64,000 nucleotides of DNA from Squalus acanthias (lineage: Eukaryota), in NCBI GenBank assembly GCA_030390025.1, contig CM059431.1:111788001-111852000 (forward strand). The letters run 5' to 3'. This document shows, piece after piece, positions 35,200-48,208 of the stretch. The position numbers and the translations under genes were made by a program. The notes below the pieces were generated by a model. The model had not been told where the DNA came from and ran no database searches. It was given only the letters and a program-made list of their open reading frames with translations. Positions within the stretch are counted from its first letter, which is position 1. Every line of letters begins with the position of its first letter.

Positions 35200-35900
35200 G
35201 GGGCAGAATTTGCGGTGGGTATGACGGCGTACTCTCAGAGTACGCCATCATACCGCCTTTGAAATGGACAGCAAGTTCGGGATTTCTGCTTGCATGTGCG
35301 CTAAATCTCGAACTCGCGAACTGTCAAGTTCCGACTTGACAGATCATCCGCTCCGACTGTATCATCCTCATTGCTGGTACAGAGTTGGGCTAATTGCCCA
35401 CCAACAAGCCCAGCAATTACGCATGAACATTTTATGGCTGGTGCAAGCAGGCACAGGAGCCTGTTTGCTCAGCGTAAGGGAATACCCATCATGATAAAAA
35501 ATGTGTTTGCTCTTTATACTGAGCCAGCCTGAGGGATTAGCAAACCCCCATAAGTTCAGTTGAATATTATCCAAATGTACATCCTGCTTGAATAAAGTAG
35601 TTAAGCAGCCTGCAGTGTAGTGTGATTGCTTCTGGTCTATTGATAATTTTCCCCAAAATTCATTTCTAATTCTAAGAATGTAAATCAGACTGGGGTGAGT
35701 GAGAGACTGGGGGGGTGTGGTGAATGAGAGAACTTCTGTTTGCTGATTGGAGCACCGTCCCACATGATCCCAGGTATGCTTACGCACACGGTGCATCCTC
35801 AGGATCCGTGGGCCAGTACGCTGTGCTCATCTCCGCAGCGTCTGACAGCAACTTCTCGAAGGAGGGTTCCCAGCAGGTAAGTGCGAATTCCGTTCGGGGG
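35200..35900. mobile_element. Harbinger-type MITE fragment within a CR1 remnant (35030-35200, 36280-36530)
   Basis: Begins ggggcagaatttgcgg. Confidence 0.5.
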
Positions 35901-35949
35901 TCAGGTTTTGTTTCATATTCCATTCTGCACCTCTTATTATTTTATTTGT

Positions 35950-36280
35950 ATGTCTTTCGGATGAGACGTTAAACCGAGGCCCAGTCTGCGCTCTCAGGTG
36001 GACGTAAAAGATCCCACGGCACTATTTCGAAGAAGAGTAGGGGAGTTATCCCCGATGTCCTGGCCAATACTTATCCCTCAACCAACATAACAAAAACAAA
36101 TTTTCTGGTCATTATCACATTGCTGTTTGTGGGAGCTTGCTGTGCGCAAATTGGCTGCCCTGTTTCCCACATTACAACAGTGACTACACTCCAAAAGTAC
36201 TTCATTGGCTGTAAAGCGCTTTCAGATGTCCAGTGGTCCTGAAAGGTGCTGTATAAATGCAAGTCTTTCTTTTTTTCTTT
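35950..36280 (+). mobile_element. Deu-domain SINE 3' part
   Basis: Matches 34185-34512. Confidence 0.8.
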
Positions 36281-37394
36281 ATAGCTCTCCCAGTCCACCG
36301 GATTTCCATTTTTAATTGTATTTGTATAAACCTTTCCTTTTAGCTTGATAGTCATTACCTAATTTGTTGACCATGGTTGCTGAAGTACACAAGTGGAGCC
36401 TTTACCCTTTAGGGGTATGTACTGGTTCTGCATTGCAGCAATTACTTCTTTGAATGCTTCCCACTGTTTACTCATTAACAGTCAGCCCAGCTTACTGCGG
36501 TGAATTTATTTCTCATCTTGTCAAAGTTTGGAATTCCCTCCCTAAACCTCTCCGATCTTTTACGTCCGCCTGAGAGAGCAGATTAACATCTGTTTAACAT
36601 CTTATCCGAAAGACGACACCTCCGACAGTGCAGCACTCCCTCAGTACTGCACTGGAGGCTGACCTAGATAGTGAAAGTAAATCTTTTGTGTTGTAATTTG
36701 GTTAAACTTGATTTAGGAAAGGTGAGAAGACTGAAGTTAACTCACTGTTTCCACCTTTTGGTGAGAAATAAAAACTGCAGCTGCAGGTGTTTCTATTCAG
36801 CTGTAGTTTTTCACCGTTTTAGCCACCAGTACTCACTTGCAAAATAATTGGTACAGAACATACAGCGATGCGGTATCAGCTATATTTACTGTGGTCACAT
36901 GCTTTCCACAGTAGCTGGTATTAAAGATTTGAAACCGATTCTCAATTGACTTGAATTAACAGGTTTAAGTGAATAGGAAAGAGCTTGTCAGAATGAATAT
37001 TCATTGCTGTCTTCACAGTTCACCAACTGTTCTCACCCATTAAAGACAGATCACTGACAATCTTTCCAGGTCTATTTTTGTCACGTATAGCTTTTTTGTT
37101 ATTCGAATGTGCAGACTGAATGATTATAAGACTATAAGATTATAAGTAGTCAAACTAGCACAATACAAGTAGGGCTACAGGAGGTTGCTTTGTGTCTGAA
37201 GGGTACTACGTTATTGTGCTGACTTGGCTACTTTGGCCCAGAATTGGTTGGAGCGAGGCATCTCGTGGTGTGCCCGATTTGTTAGACTTGGGACATTTTA
37301 CTACGTTAAAGGCGCTATATAAATACACGTTGTTGTTGTTGCTTCCTGCACCCTTCAACTCACAAAACTTTTGCCCACTAAGTTGCTGAAAGTG

Positions 37395-37950
37395 TGAGCT
37401 GATAACAGCGCAGTGAGGGAAACAGGGCATCTGGGATCTTGGTGAACAACAAGACCCACTGTGTATCTCCGTAACCAAGGAGATTAACGGACTGAGAAAT
37501 AAACAGAGGAAGGACTGAGAAGGAGGGTGAATTAAAGGGGTGAATTCAATGTCAAGTCAAGGACAGAAAAATAAATAGAGAGAGAAAGAAAGACTGGATT
37601 AAGAGAGAGAGAAAAAAAAAGAGACAGAAAGGAAAAGTGAAAAAAAAGTTTTACATTTAAAATGTTTTATTATTTTTTAAATCTCCAACAACAATTCACT
37701 ACCTGAAGGACTGAGGCGCCACACTTTTAATTGTTCACTTTCTGGGCCAGAGAGGTTAATTGGCACTCATTAACAATTATCATGTCATTAAAAGGTATTT
37801 ACACTATTAATTACTAGACTTAACTTTCTGTGGTGAGTTTAATGGGCAATTAATGTGCAAATGCAGCAACTTCATAAAAATCACGGAGAGGTTAAGCGTT
37901 AGATTCTGTTTTCGCAAAGCTAACAACGGAGCAAAGTATTCAGCAGAACA
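37395..37950. mobile_element. probable non-autonomous DNA-transposon remnant with purine-rich core
   Basis: Architecture similar to the other MITEs; termini not resolved. Confidence 0.3.
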
Positions 37951-38546
37951 GTAACCAAATATAGCAGTTAATTCACTCAATGTTTTTTGAGCATGTTTAC
38001 AGAATCACATGATATTATAAGTAATGCTAGAAATGGAATTAGAATTGGTCTGTCACTTGCTAAAAATATTCAAGACAAATCAGAATAAAGATCAAACAGC
38101 TGTCACTATGACATGCGCCTCTCTAAAGGAAAGGAAACATTAAGGATTGGGTGAAATTTGGAGTTGTATCCATTTTGCCCAATAACTTAAGCTGGCTATA
38201 TACCAAGTATAGCTAATCTTTCATAAAATAATTAAATATTTATGCAGAAGAATTTTAGAATATTTGCAGTGTTTATTATTTCAACTTTTATATAAAAAAA
38301 TATTTATACAAAAGGGAAAGTTACAAGACAGCAGAATATCTAAGCAATTAATCCATCTTAACCCAGAACCTGACCAGTTTACTTTTCATAAATTTGTTCT
38401 TAGGCTGCTTGCAAGACTGCATTTAAATCTCATCCCTAAATGCCCTGAAGCAATTATTTTGTGTGTACAAATGAGCGTCTTGCTGGGTCACTTCAGAGGG
38501 CATTAAGAGTCGACCACATCTTTTGTGTTTGAAATTGAGTTTGAAA

Positions 38547-38896
38547 ATGCCTGAGGAGAGGAATGCAGCTCTCAAGAACTGTGAATCAAAGGACACCAAA
38601 GGGCGGCAAGAAGCGGAGAAGGTTGAGGAAGGAGAGTTACTCCATTTACATCTACAAGGCGATGAAGCAGGTTCACCCCGACACTGGCATCTCTTCCAAG
38701 GCCATGAGCATCATGGATTCCTCTGTGAACGATATTTTCGAGTGGATCGCGGGGCGAGGCTTCCCGCCTGGCCCATTACAACAAGCGGCGTGCCATCAGC
38801 TCCCGGGAGATCCAGACCGCCGTGCGCCTGCTACTGGCCAAGCAGGCTGTGTCGGGAAGGACAAAGGCAGTGACCAAGTAGAGCAGCTCCAAGTAA
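38547..38896 (+). pseudogene. H2B: histone H2B pseudogene
   Basis: MPE start, [60 protein letters not shown] stop; frameshifts, deletions and a premature stop. Confidence 0.92.
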
Positions 38897-39762
38897 AACT
38901 TCGCAATGTACTGAAAAAACACCCATAGCTTTCATGCTGACTTTTTTCTGGTGCTGGTTCAGAAACTACCAGAGTTATTGAATTGAGTTTCACAGCTTGT
39001 CCCAGTTGAGGAGTTGAGTTGAACCCATGACCTCTAGATTGCTAGTCCAGTACTGTATCATACAGCACCCTTCAGATCTCTGTGTTGGGTGGGGGGAATA
39101 ACATCTATTGTAAATATATCCAGAATTCAAATGTTAATTTATTCATTTAAATGTATTGTCAGTGATGCGCCATTAATAAATATGGTTGTACAATTGTTGA
39201 GTTTAATTGGATTGCCCTCACTGCATTACATTAAGCAACAGCTTCAGCTAGCAAGGTCATTGATTAGAATTTCTCCTTAACAGGCAAAACATACAGATCC
39301 ACTCTCTGTAAAATGTTGCATGATACAACACACTTCCAAACACCATTCCACAGCAGTTTTACATGACACTGCCAGTCATTAGCATAGCCCCTGAAGTACA
39401 TCATTTTAGTATTGTTAAATTATCAGAATGCATTAGCAATTTAAAAAGATTCTGGGGCTGAGCTAAATTGTTAACACGCAAATGCACGATATAAGGTTTG
39501 AACACAATGCTGTCTGATCTGGCCTAACGTGTATACACTGCATTTTGAAAATGATTAATATAAGCACTTTTCTTTTCTTTCATCATTTGTTACTTTCCTT
39601 TTCTTTTTCTCCTCCTGTATTCTCCTTGGGCTGAGACGACCTGCTCCGAAGCCTCACACAATCCTGTAAAAAATGTGTTAGTGTGCCCAGAGTGACTTAC
39701 CTCCTGATTACCCCTCTCCACATGGCAAAGTGCTCAGCCTCTACGCAGTCCCTCTGTATGGG

Positions 39763-40590
39763 CAAATGTGAGAAGTCGCACAACACCAGGTTATAGTCCA
39801 ACAGTTTTATTTGAAATCACAAGCTTTCGGAGCGCTGCTCCTTCGTCAGGTGAAGTGAAGAGATGCATATAGGCACAGCATATATAGTCAGAGAACACTG
39901 CCAGATGATTACAGTTAATCTTTCCAACTGCCCTTTATCACACCTCGGCAGAGAGATAATCACGGCAATCAAAGGTGTGGATGGTGTCCAAACAGGTCAG
40001 TCAGGAAAACATTACATCAAAGACAATGAGGTGGGGTCACAAGGGGTCAAATGTGGCAGATGCTGGTGTCTGTATGGAAAACAAAAAACTTTTTTTGCTG
40101 GAAATCACAGCAGGTCCGGCCGCATCTGTGTAGAGAGAACAAGCCAACGACGACTCGAGTCTGGGTGACTCTACGTCAGGTGGGGTTACATGTAGCGTGA
40201 CAAGAACCCAAGATCCCGGTTCAGGCTGTCCTCATGGGTGCGGAACTTGGCTATCAGTTTCTGCTCGCCGATTTTGCGTTGTCGTGTGTCTCGAAGGCCG
40301 CCTTGGAGAACGCTTACCCGAAGATCGGAGGCTGAATGTCCTTGACTGCTGAAGTGTTCCCCGACTGGGAGGGAACACTCCTGCCTGGCGGTTAGAAAGA
40401 TTAACTGTAATCATCTGGCAGTGTTCTCTGACTATATATGCTGTGCCTATATACATCTCTTCACTTCACCTGACGAAGGAGCAGCGCTCCGAAAGCTTGT
40501 GATTTCAAATAAAACTGTTGGACGATAACCTGGTGTTGTGCGACTTCTCACATTTGTCCACCCCAGTCCAACACCGGCATCTCCACATCA
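39763..40590. mobile_element. Penelope family A element with inverted termini and GIY-YIG C-terminal remnant
   Basis: Arms 39763-39930 and 40391-40557; minus-strand SLPVGEHFSSQGHSASDLRVSVLQGG...EQKLIAKFRTHEDSLNRD; hammerheads 39817-39853 (-) and 40466-40502 (+); TSD cctct(g/a)tatggg. Confidence 0.85.
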
Positions 40591-40689
40591 TGGCCTCTAT
40601 ATGGGAGCACAGTGTACTCCTCTTGGGAAATCATGGGCACATACCTGTGTCCTACCATTAGTTATCCACACATTAAAAGTTATTCTCCA

Positions 40690-41050
40690 TAGAGCAAAGA
40701 AGGTTAAGAGGAGATTTAATAGAGGTGTTCAAAATCATGAGGGATTTTGATAGGGATTGTTGGTAACCAGAGGACACAGATCGAAGATAATTGGCAAAAA
40801 AGCCAAGAGGGAGATGAGGAGAACTTCATTTACTCAGTGAGTTGTGATCTGGAACACGTTGGCTGAAAGGGTGGTGGAAGCAGATTCAACAGTAACTTTC
40901 CAAAGGGAATTGGATGTATACTTGAAGTGGAAAAACTTACAGGGCCATGGGGAAAGAGCAGGGGAGTGGGACGAATTGGATCGCTCTTTCAGAGCTGACG
41001 CAGGCACGATGGACTGAATGGCCTCCTTCGGTGCTGCATTATTCTGTGAG
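40690..41050 (+). mobile_element. CR1 3' fragment
   Basis: Similar to 3785-4040. Confidence 0.7.
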
Positions 41051-41477
41051 AATGAGCTTTTAAAATACATTTAAACAAATGAAAAACAAGGAGAGCACCA
41101 AGAACTGTCCCTGATTAGCTGATGTGCTAACTGAGTGAGGAAAAAAGTAGAGAATTATTCAGACAAAGGAGACCATGCTGCTGTGATAGCACAGTATGAG
41201 TCACCAACTGTCAGCACTTTAAAAGAGAGTTTCATTTAACACCACCAACATTTGACTGCAGTATTGTTAATGGTAATTGTTCGAAGAGGTGTAATAGGCC
41301 ACTAGCTTGTTTGTGATGTCCTTATTATAGGTTCCTTTGATAGGATATTGACAGTACAAGGCTCAGGAAAAGAATGGATTTCACTCAGAGTAGGATGATT
41401 TTCACTTTCAAGCTGTGATCCCATTGTTTTTAACAGTAGAAAGAAGTACTGTGGTGGCCATTGGTATATTGGTGTCA

Positions 41478-43060
41478 CCCGTGGCTCAGTGAGCCAGAAG
41501 GTTATGGGTTCAAGTCCCACTTGAACATATAATCCAGGCTGACACTCCAGTGCAGAACTGAGGAAGCGCTGCAGTGTTAGAGGTGTCGTCTTTCAGATGA
41601 GACGTTAAACCGAGGCCCTGTCCATCCTCTCAAGTGGACGTAAAAGATCCCATGGCACTATGTCCCTTGACATCAAGGCAGCATTTGACCTGAGTGTGGC
41701 ATCAAGGAGCCCTAGTAAAACTGAAGTCAATGGGAATCGGGGGAAAACGCTCCACTGGCTGGAGTCATAACTAGCACAAAGGAAGATGGTTGTGATGGTT
41801 GAAGGTCAATCATCACAGCCCCAGGACATCGCTGCAGGAGTTCTTCAGGGCAGTTTCCTCGGCCCAACCATCTTCAGCTGCTTCATCAATGACCTTCCCT
41901 CCAACATAATGTCAGAAATGGGGATGTTCGCTGATGACTGCACAGTGTTCAGTGCCATTCACAACTCCTCAGATAATGAAACAGTCCATGCCCGCATGCA
42001 ACAAGACATGGACGACATTCAGGCTTGGGCTGATAAGTGGCAGGTAACATTCGCGCCACACAAGTGCCAGGCAATGACTATCTCCAACAAGCAAGAGTCT
42101 AACCACCGCCCCTTGACATTCAACAGCAATACCATCGCCGAATCCCCCACCATCAACATCCTGGGGGTCACCATTGACCAGAAACTTAACTGGACCAGCC
42201 ACATAAATACTGTGGCAACAAGAGCAGGTCAGAGGCTCGGTATTCTGTGGCGAGTGTCTCACCTCCTGACTCCCCAAAGCCTTTCCACCATCTACAAGGC
42301 ACAAGTAAGGAGTGTGATGGAATACTCTCCACTTGCCTGGATGAGTGCAGCTCCAACAACACTCAAGAAGCTCGACACCATCCAGGACAAAGCAACCCAC
42401 TTGATGGGCACCCCATCCACCACCTTAAACATTCACTCCCTCCACCATCAGCGTACCATGGCTGCAGTGTGTACCATCTACAAGATGCACTGCAGCAACT
42501 CATCAAGGCTTCTTTGGCAGCACCTCCCAAAACCGCGACCTCTTCCACCTAGAAGGACAAGGGCAGCAGGCGCATGGGAACACCACCACCTCCAAGTTCC
42601 CCTCCAAGTCACACACCATCCTGACTTAGAAGTATATCGCCGATCCTTCATCGTCGCTGGGTCAAAATCCTGGAACTCCCTACCTAACAGCACTGTGGGA
42701 GTACCTTCACCACACGGACTGCAGTGGTTCAAGAAGGCGGCTCACCACCGCCTTCTCAAGGGCAATTAGGGATGGGCAATAAATGCTGACCTTGCCAGCG
42801 ACGCCCACATCCCATAAACAAATTTTTTTTAAATGTCGAAGAGGAGCAGGGGAGTTCTCCCTGGTGTCCTAGCCAATATTTATCATTCAACCAACATCAC
42901 CAAAACAGATTATCTGATCATCATCACATCGCTGTTTGTGGGAGCTTGCTATGCGCAAATTGGCTGCCGTGTTTCCTACATTACAACAGCGACTACACTT
43001 CAAAAGTACTTAATTGGCTGTGAAGAGCTTTGGGATGTCCTGAGGGTGTGAAAGGTGCTA
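41478..43060 (+). mobile_element. Deu-domain SINE split by a LINE insertion
   Basis: SINE halves 41478-41664 and 42833-43060; atgtc duplicated at both junctions. Confidence 0.75.
41665..42832 (+). mobile_element. 5'-truncated non-LTR retrotransposon (RT C-terminal half, ORF 41786-42769)
   Basis: QGS..GP, FADD, KWQVTF, MEYSPLAW motifs. Confidence 0.85.
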
Positions 43061-43789
43061 AACTAATCAAAATACAGTTTCCGCTGCCCTTCAGCTACTT
43101 AAAAATATATTTTACGAATGACTTAAGTGCTCTTAACATCCGACAAGATGGATTAGAAAATCACCGACAGAGATGTAGTTTAGGGACCTTGGGCCAATTT
43201 TGGAATGGCTCCAGTACAGTCAGTCCTTCAGAGCCACATCATGGTCAACAGTTGATTGATTTTGAGGGGGGCAGGGAGACGTGGGGGATGAGGGGGGGGG
43301 GCGGAGTCCAGTACCAATCCATCAGTTCAGCAAAGTTTATGCCCAACAACTTCTGATTTTCCACATTAGCTCCTGGTAAGAGCTTTTGAAGTAGCAAAAT
43401 ATTTTCAGCAGTTGGAACTATGAGATTGCAAGAATCATACTTGCAATACTTCAGGATGGAGCAAAGAGAATGCCTTCTTGACCAGCCCTTAAACTTGCAA
43501 CATTTCCCTTCTGACAGCTCCAAACTGCCATAAGGAAATGTCATAAGCCCTGATAAAGCTTGTGCTATGTTTTTTTTTCAATGAGAGAAGAGGATCTGCA
43601 TGGGGGTCCAAAATCCCAAGCTGACAGGCGAAAAGTTCTGTATTGAACTAATCACTTGCAACAGACCCAGGCTACTTTGCATTTGACGGGGACTTATAAC
43701 TGTGAACCTCCAGCCCGAACAGCCTCTGTCTAATTCACAAAATGCTCCTCCAATATCTGGTTCTAGCACTAAATATCACTAAATTTAGC

Positions 43790-44520
43790 TGCGATTTCAA
43801 AATTCTCATCCTTGTTTTCAAATCCCTCCATGGCCTCGCCACTTCCTATCTCTGTAATCTCCTTCAGCTCCACAACCCCCCTGAGATATCTGCGCTCCTC
43901 TAATTCTGCCCTCTTGAGCATCCCTGATTATAATCGCTCAACCTTTGGTGGCCGTGCCTTCTGTTGCCTAGGCCCTAAGCTCTGGAATTCCCTGCCTAAA
44001 CCTCTCCGTCTCGCTACCTCTCTTTCCTCCTTTAAGATGCTCCTTAAAACCTACCTCTTTGACCAAGCTTTTGGTCTCTTGCCCTAGTTTATCCTTACGT
44101 GGCTCGGTGTCAAATTTTTTGTCTTACAATACAGCTGTGCAGCGCCTTGGGACATTTTACTACGTTAAAGGCGCTATATAAATACACGTTGTTGTTGTTG
44201 TTGTAAATCATTGTAATTCAACCTCCTCCAGCTCTACAACACTCCCAAGATCGCTGCGCTCCTCCAATTCTGGCCACTTGGGCATCCCCGATTTTCATCG
44301 CTCCACCATTAAGCCACAACCTCTGGAATTCCCTCCCTAAACCTTTCCGCCTCTCTGCCTCTCTCTCCATCTTTAAGACACTCCTTAAAACCTACCTCCG
44401 CCTGTCCTAATATCTCCTCATCTGGCTCGGTGTCAATGTTTGTTAACGCTCATGTGAAGTGCCTTGGGAGATTTTACTACGTTAGAGGCGCTATATAAAT
44501 GCAAGTTGTTGTTTGCTGTT
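43790..44520 (+). mobile_element. two tandem L2 3' ends
   Basis: GGRAF...PKLWNSLP...FKMLLKTYLF; aaggcgctatataaat(gtt)n tails; further copies at 49330-49582 (+) and 50135-50385 (-). Confidence 0.8.
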
Positions 44521-44849
44521 GCACGGGGAAGTGGAAATGAAGAGGTGAAGGAGTACCTTTATGGAGGAAAATTGTCAAAAACAAGGTCATCAGTAGCATC
44601 AAATACTTTCCAGATCTCAAAGAAGTTGCCTACTACAAAAGTGACTCTATCGAAAAGGCTGTGGTTTTCCAATGCACACCCGCAGCATGTGGAGACCAGT
44701 GTTCCAGCACTGCAGCGGACTGAACATTACCTGATGTCCTACCCATGTACCTGGTGTGGTGTCACTCACAATCACAGGATACAATCTCCATCTTACCTGT
44801 TCCTGCTATCTTACATGTTGCTGGTTCTTTTACTCACTTTCCTCTTCTT

Positions 44850-45100
44850 GCATAGAATTACATTAGAATTTACAGCACAGAAACAGGCTATTTGGCCCAA
44901 CTAGTCCATGCCGTTGTTTATGCTCCACACGAGTCTCCTCCCACATTGCTTCATCTCGCCCTATCAGCATATCCTTCTATTCCTTTCTCCCTCATGTGTT
45001 TATCTAGCTTTCCCTTAAAAGCATCCATGCGATTCGTCTCAACTACTCCATGCGGTAGCATGGTCCACATTCTAACCACTCTCTGGGTAAAGAAGTTTCG
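44850..45100 (-). mobile_element. CR1 3' fragment
   Basis: RNFFTQRVVRMW...FKGKLDKHM peptide. Confidence 0.7.
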
Positions 45101-45147
45101 AGACGAAGTGCTAGAACCTACCATATTTTCATAAATGTATGTGATAA

Positions 45148-45337
45148 GGGGACTAGATGGCACTGTGAGTTAATATACTGTCCTTTTACCTCTGGATTCA
45201 GTCTAAACTGATGGGTGAAAGTATCCTCTCAATTCTGGCTGTAAGTACTCTAAGTTAGATGAGTTTGGGTAGTTTCACTCTAGTTCCTACTGACCATTCA
45301 GCACAAAACCATCTTTAATTTGGTAATATTTAGTACC
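45148..45337 (+). mobile_element. LF-SINE-like 5' relic
   Basis: ggggactagatggc...ccttttacctct...atgagttt...ctagttcctactgac...cacaaaacc. Confidence 0.55.
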
Positions 45338-45547
45338 AACCATTAGCTTGGCTCAGCTGGGAGAACTTGCATTTATGTCAGAAGGTTATGGGTTCAAGCC
45401 CCACTCCTGGACTTGGGCGTAGCCACATGTGGACCTGCTTGGGCCACCATCCACCAAATTAGTACCCAGGCCCACCAAAATATGAACCTGTATGAATGAC
45501 ACTCAGGCAAAATGTAGCAACAGCAGAGGAGTGGAATGTAAATTGCC

Positions 45548-46078
45548 TGGAGTTGCCAACTCTGGCTGGGTGTATTCCTGGAGGTTTCAACCTATGACCT
45601 CCCGCCTCGAACCACCTCATCTCCACACTCCCTTCATTGGTCCATCCTCCACGGCCAATTGGAAAGGGAACAGACTCTTTGTTGGCCAATTGGATTAACC
45701 TTGACTGTTAGTGAAACAGCCTTTTTTTCCCCCATCTCCAATATTTTTATAACTAATAAATGAAAATGTTCAAAAAAAACAGAATTTTGTTTAATGCCCC
45801 ACGATTGAATATATTTAAGGTGGAGATAGACAGATTTTTGAACAATAAGGGAGTGATGGGTTATGGGGAGCGGGCAGGGAAATGGAGCTGAGCCCAAGAT
45901 CAGATCAGCCATGATCTCATTAAATAGCGGAGCAGGCTCGAGGGGCCAAATGGCTGACTCCTGCTCCTATTTCTTATGTTCTTATGATGTTTCTCCTGGG
46001 TTGTTTGCAGCAGTGTCCTGGAGATTAGCCATCAAATCCTGGAGACTCCAGGACAATCCTGGAGGGTTGGAAACCCTA
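45548..46078. mobile_element. short TIR element (hAT-like) interrupted by a CR1 3' end (45805-45985)
   Basis: Imperfect termini ggagttgccaact ... gggttggaaaccct. Confidence 0.45.
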
Positions 46079-46542
46079 AAATTGCTCCAAGTTAGCAGCC
46101 TGACACGAGGAGAGCAGCAGAGTCCAGCCTTAAAACACACATTGCCAGGGAGATCGGCCACCAGAAAAGACAATCGGAATAATGGTAAGAGATGGACAAC
46201 ACAAGCGGATGTGGGATGAACCCCTAAATGTACCATCTTTAAAATATCTGTCCTGTAATAAATGTATCTGTCTTTAAAATATTTCAACATTGTGATTGGG
46301 AGGTAAAAGCAGTTAAAACACTGTGATAACTTGGAATTAGTTGTACAGTATGATATAAATGATTTGCTGTGATGTCAGACCTCTGGTCATTGCACGTCCA
46401 CTATAAGTTGGGGCCCACCCAAATTCCCATTCCTGGCTACGCCACTGCTCCAGGACTTGAGCATATAACCTAGCCTGGCACTTCAGTGTGGTACTGAGGG
46501 AGTGCTGCATTATCAGAGGTGCAGTCACCCAGATGAGATATT

Positions 46543-47307
46543 GGGGCAGAAATTCGGCTGTTGTCGGGTGAGTACGCACTGTGTACTCACCCGTGGACGG
46601 AACAAAAGTGCCGGTTTCTTGCATGCACTGCGCATGCGCGGGAAACCGGCACTTCCGTTCCCCTGAAGGAAGGGGTTCAGAGGTCGAACGCGCACGCCAG
46701 AGGGCCAGCGCGTTCGCCTCGCACTTCAGATTTTTTTACAGGTTCCTCCGTGAGGGTAAACACGGAGAAGATGCACATTGAAAAAGGATGCGCAAGGCCT
46801 TCTTTTAACAAGGTAAGTGTTGATTTTATTAAAATTTAAACATTTTTTTCACAGATTTATCTTTTTAATTACTTTAAAGAAAGGTAAGTTTAGTTTTAGC
46901 CCCGTTAAAAAATTTAATTAATTTTTTCAAAAATTTTAATTTTTGTTTAAAATAGTTAATTAATGTAATTTATAGTTATTTTAAAAATGTGATTTTTAAA
47001 AAAAATTTATTTGTAGTTTTAGGGATGTTTTGGGGCCGATCCATATTCATAGATTTGACAGGTCTTCCTGTCAAATCTATGAATGAAAGATGATCTGCTG
47101 CCATTGGCTCTCCATGGCCCACGTGATCCCAGGGGACGCATCACACTAACTACGCCCCTGGGATACGCAAGCACTGCGCGTCGGCAGCTGCAGGAGGCCC
47201 AGGAGCTGAAGTCCCCGTGGGCCCAGAGGTCAACGGCAGGCGCGGTAGGTAGGTGCGCGCGCGATCCTTGCACCCGTGGGAAGCCAGGGTCCCTGAATTT
47301 CTGGCCC
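46543..47307. mobile_element. Harbinger-type MITE inserted in a Deu-SINE (46450-47590)
   Basis: TIRs ggggcagaaatt / aatttctggccc; TSD att. Confidence 0.75.
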
Positions 47308-47814
47308 ATTAGAACTGAGACCCGTTTACCTCATCAAGATCCACAGCACTATTGCAAAAGAGCAGGGACTTCTCTCAATGCACTGGGCAATATTCATCTC
47401 ACAACCAATACAATCGACTCAAATTAACTGCTCACTCATCTATTTATAGGACTTTTCTGTGGGAAAATGGGCTGCTGCATTTGCCTAAATAACATCAATA
47501 ACTGCACTGCAAAAATAATTCATTGATTGTGAAGTGCTTTGCGATGTCCCAAGGATGCAATAATGCACTGTATAAATGCATCTAGTCTTATACAATTAAC
47601 AAGAGAGCTTGTCTAATGCAATAGGGATGCTTTTCCAATAGTGGAACAGTATTATGCAGTTGTACTTCATTTAAAAAAAGAATGTGATGGAGTTGTTTCA
47701 AATCACAGTGGTTTAAGCAGGCAGGTTTTCTGTACGTTAATGCATATGCACAGGCCAATTTCCCCTCCCCCTCACGGTTCCTTGTTTCATAAAACTGATC
47801 ACTATTGTGATAGG

Positions 47815-48040
47815 TTATTCAGGAGCAGAGGAACAGGAGGAGGCCATTCAGCCCCTTGAGCCTGTTCCGCCATTCAGTTAGATCATGGCTGTTCTGTATC
47901 TTAACTCCATCTACCCGCCTTGGTTCCGTAACACTTAACAAAATCCTATCAATCTTGGTTTTGAAATTTTCAATTGACCCTCAGCCTCAACAGCTTTGTG
48001 GGGGAAGAGAGTTCCAGGTTTGCACTACCCTTTGGGGTAA
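47815..48040 (-). mobile_element. CR1 3' end
   Basis: Reverse complement of the 11660-11860 type tail. Confidence 0.65.
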
Positions 48041-48208
48041 AACGTACCACTGGCATTTAACTATATTATGTGCAAATACCAAATTCAAAATGGATTTAAG
48101 AATGAAATAATCCCAGATTTGGTTGTTGAGGATCAGACCAATTCACGTCAGCTTTTCTTGTTAAGATAAGAAAATAGCAGATCTTGTCTGGGCACAAGTG
48201 GATACTCA

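Noticed and set aside
43245..43544. 99-aa minus-strand ORF in unique DNA
   Set aside because: No recognisable domain; runs into a poly-C tract; splice signals weak
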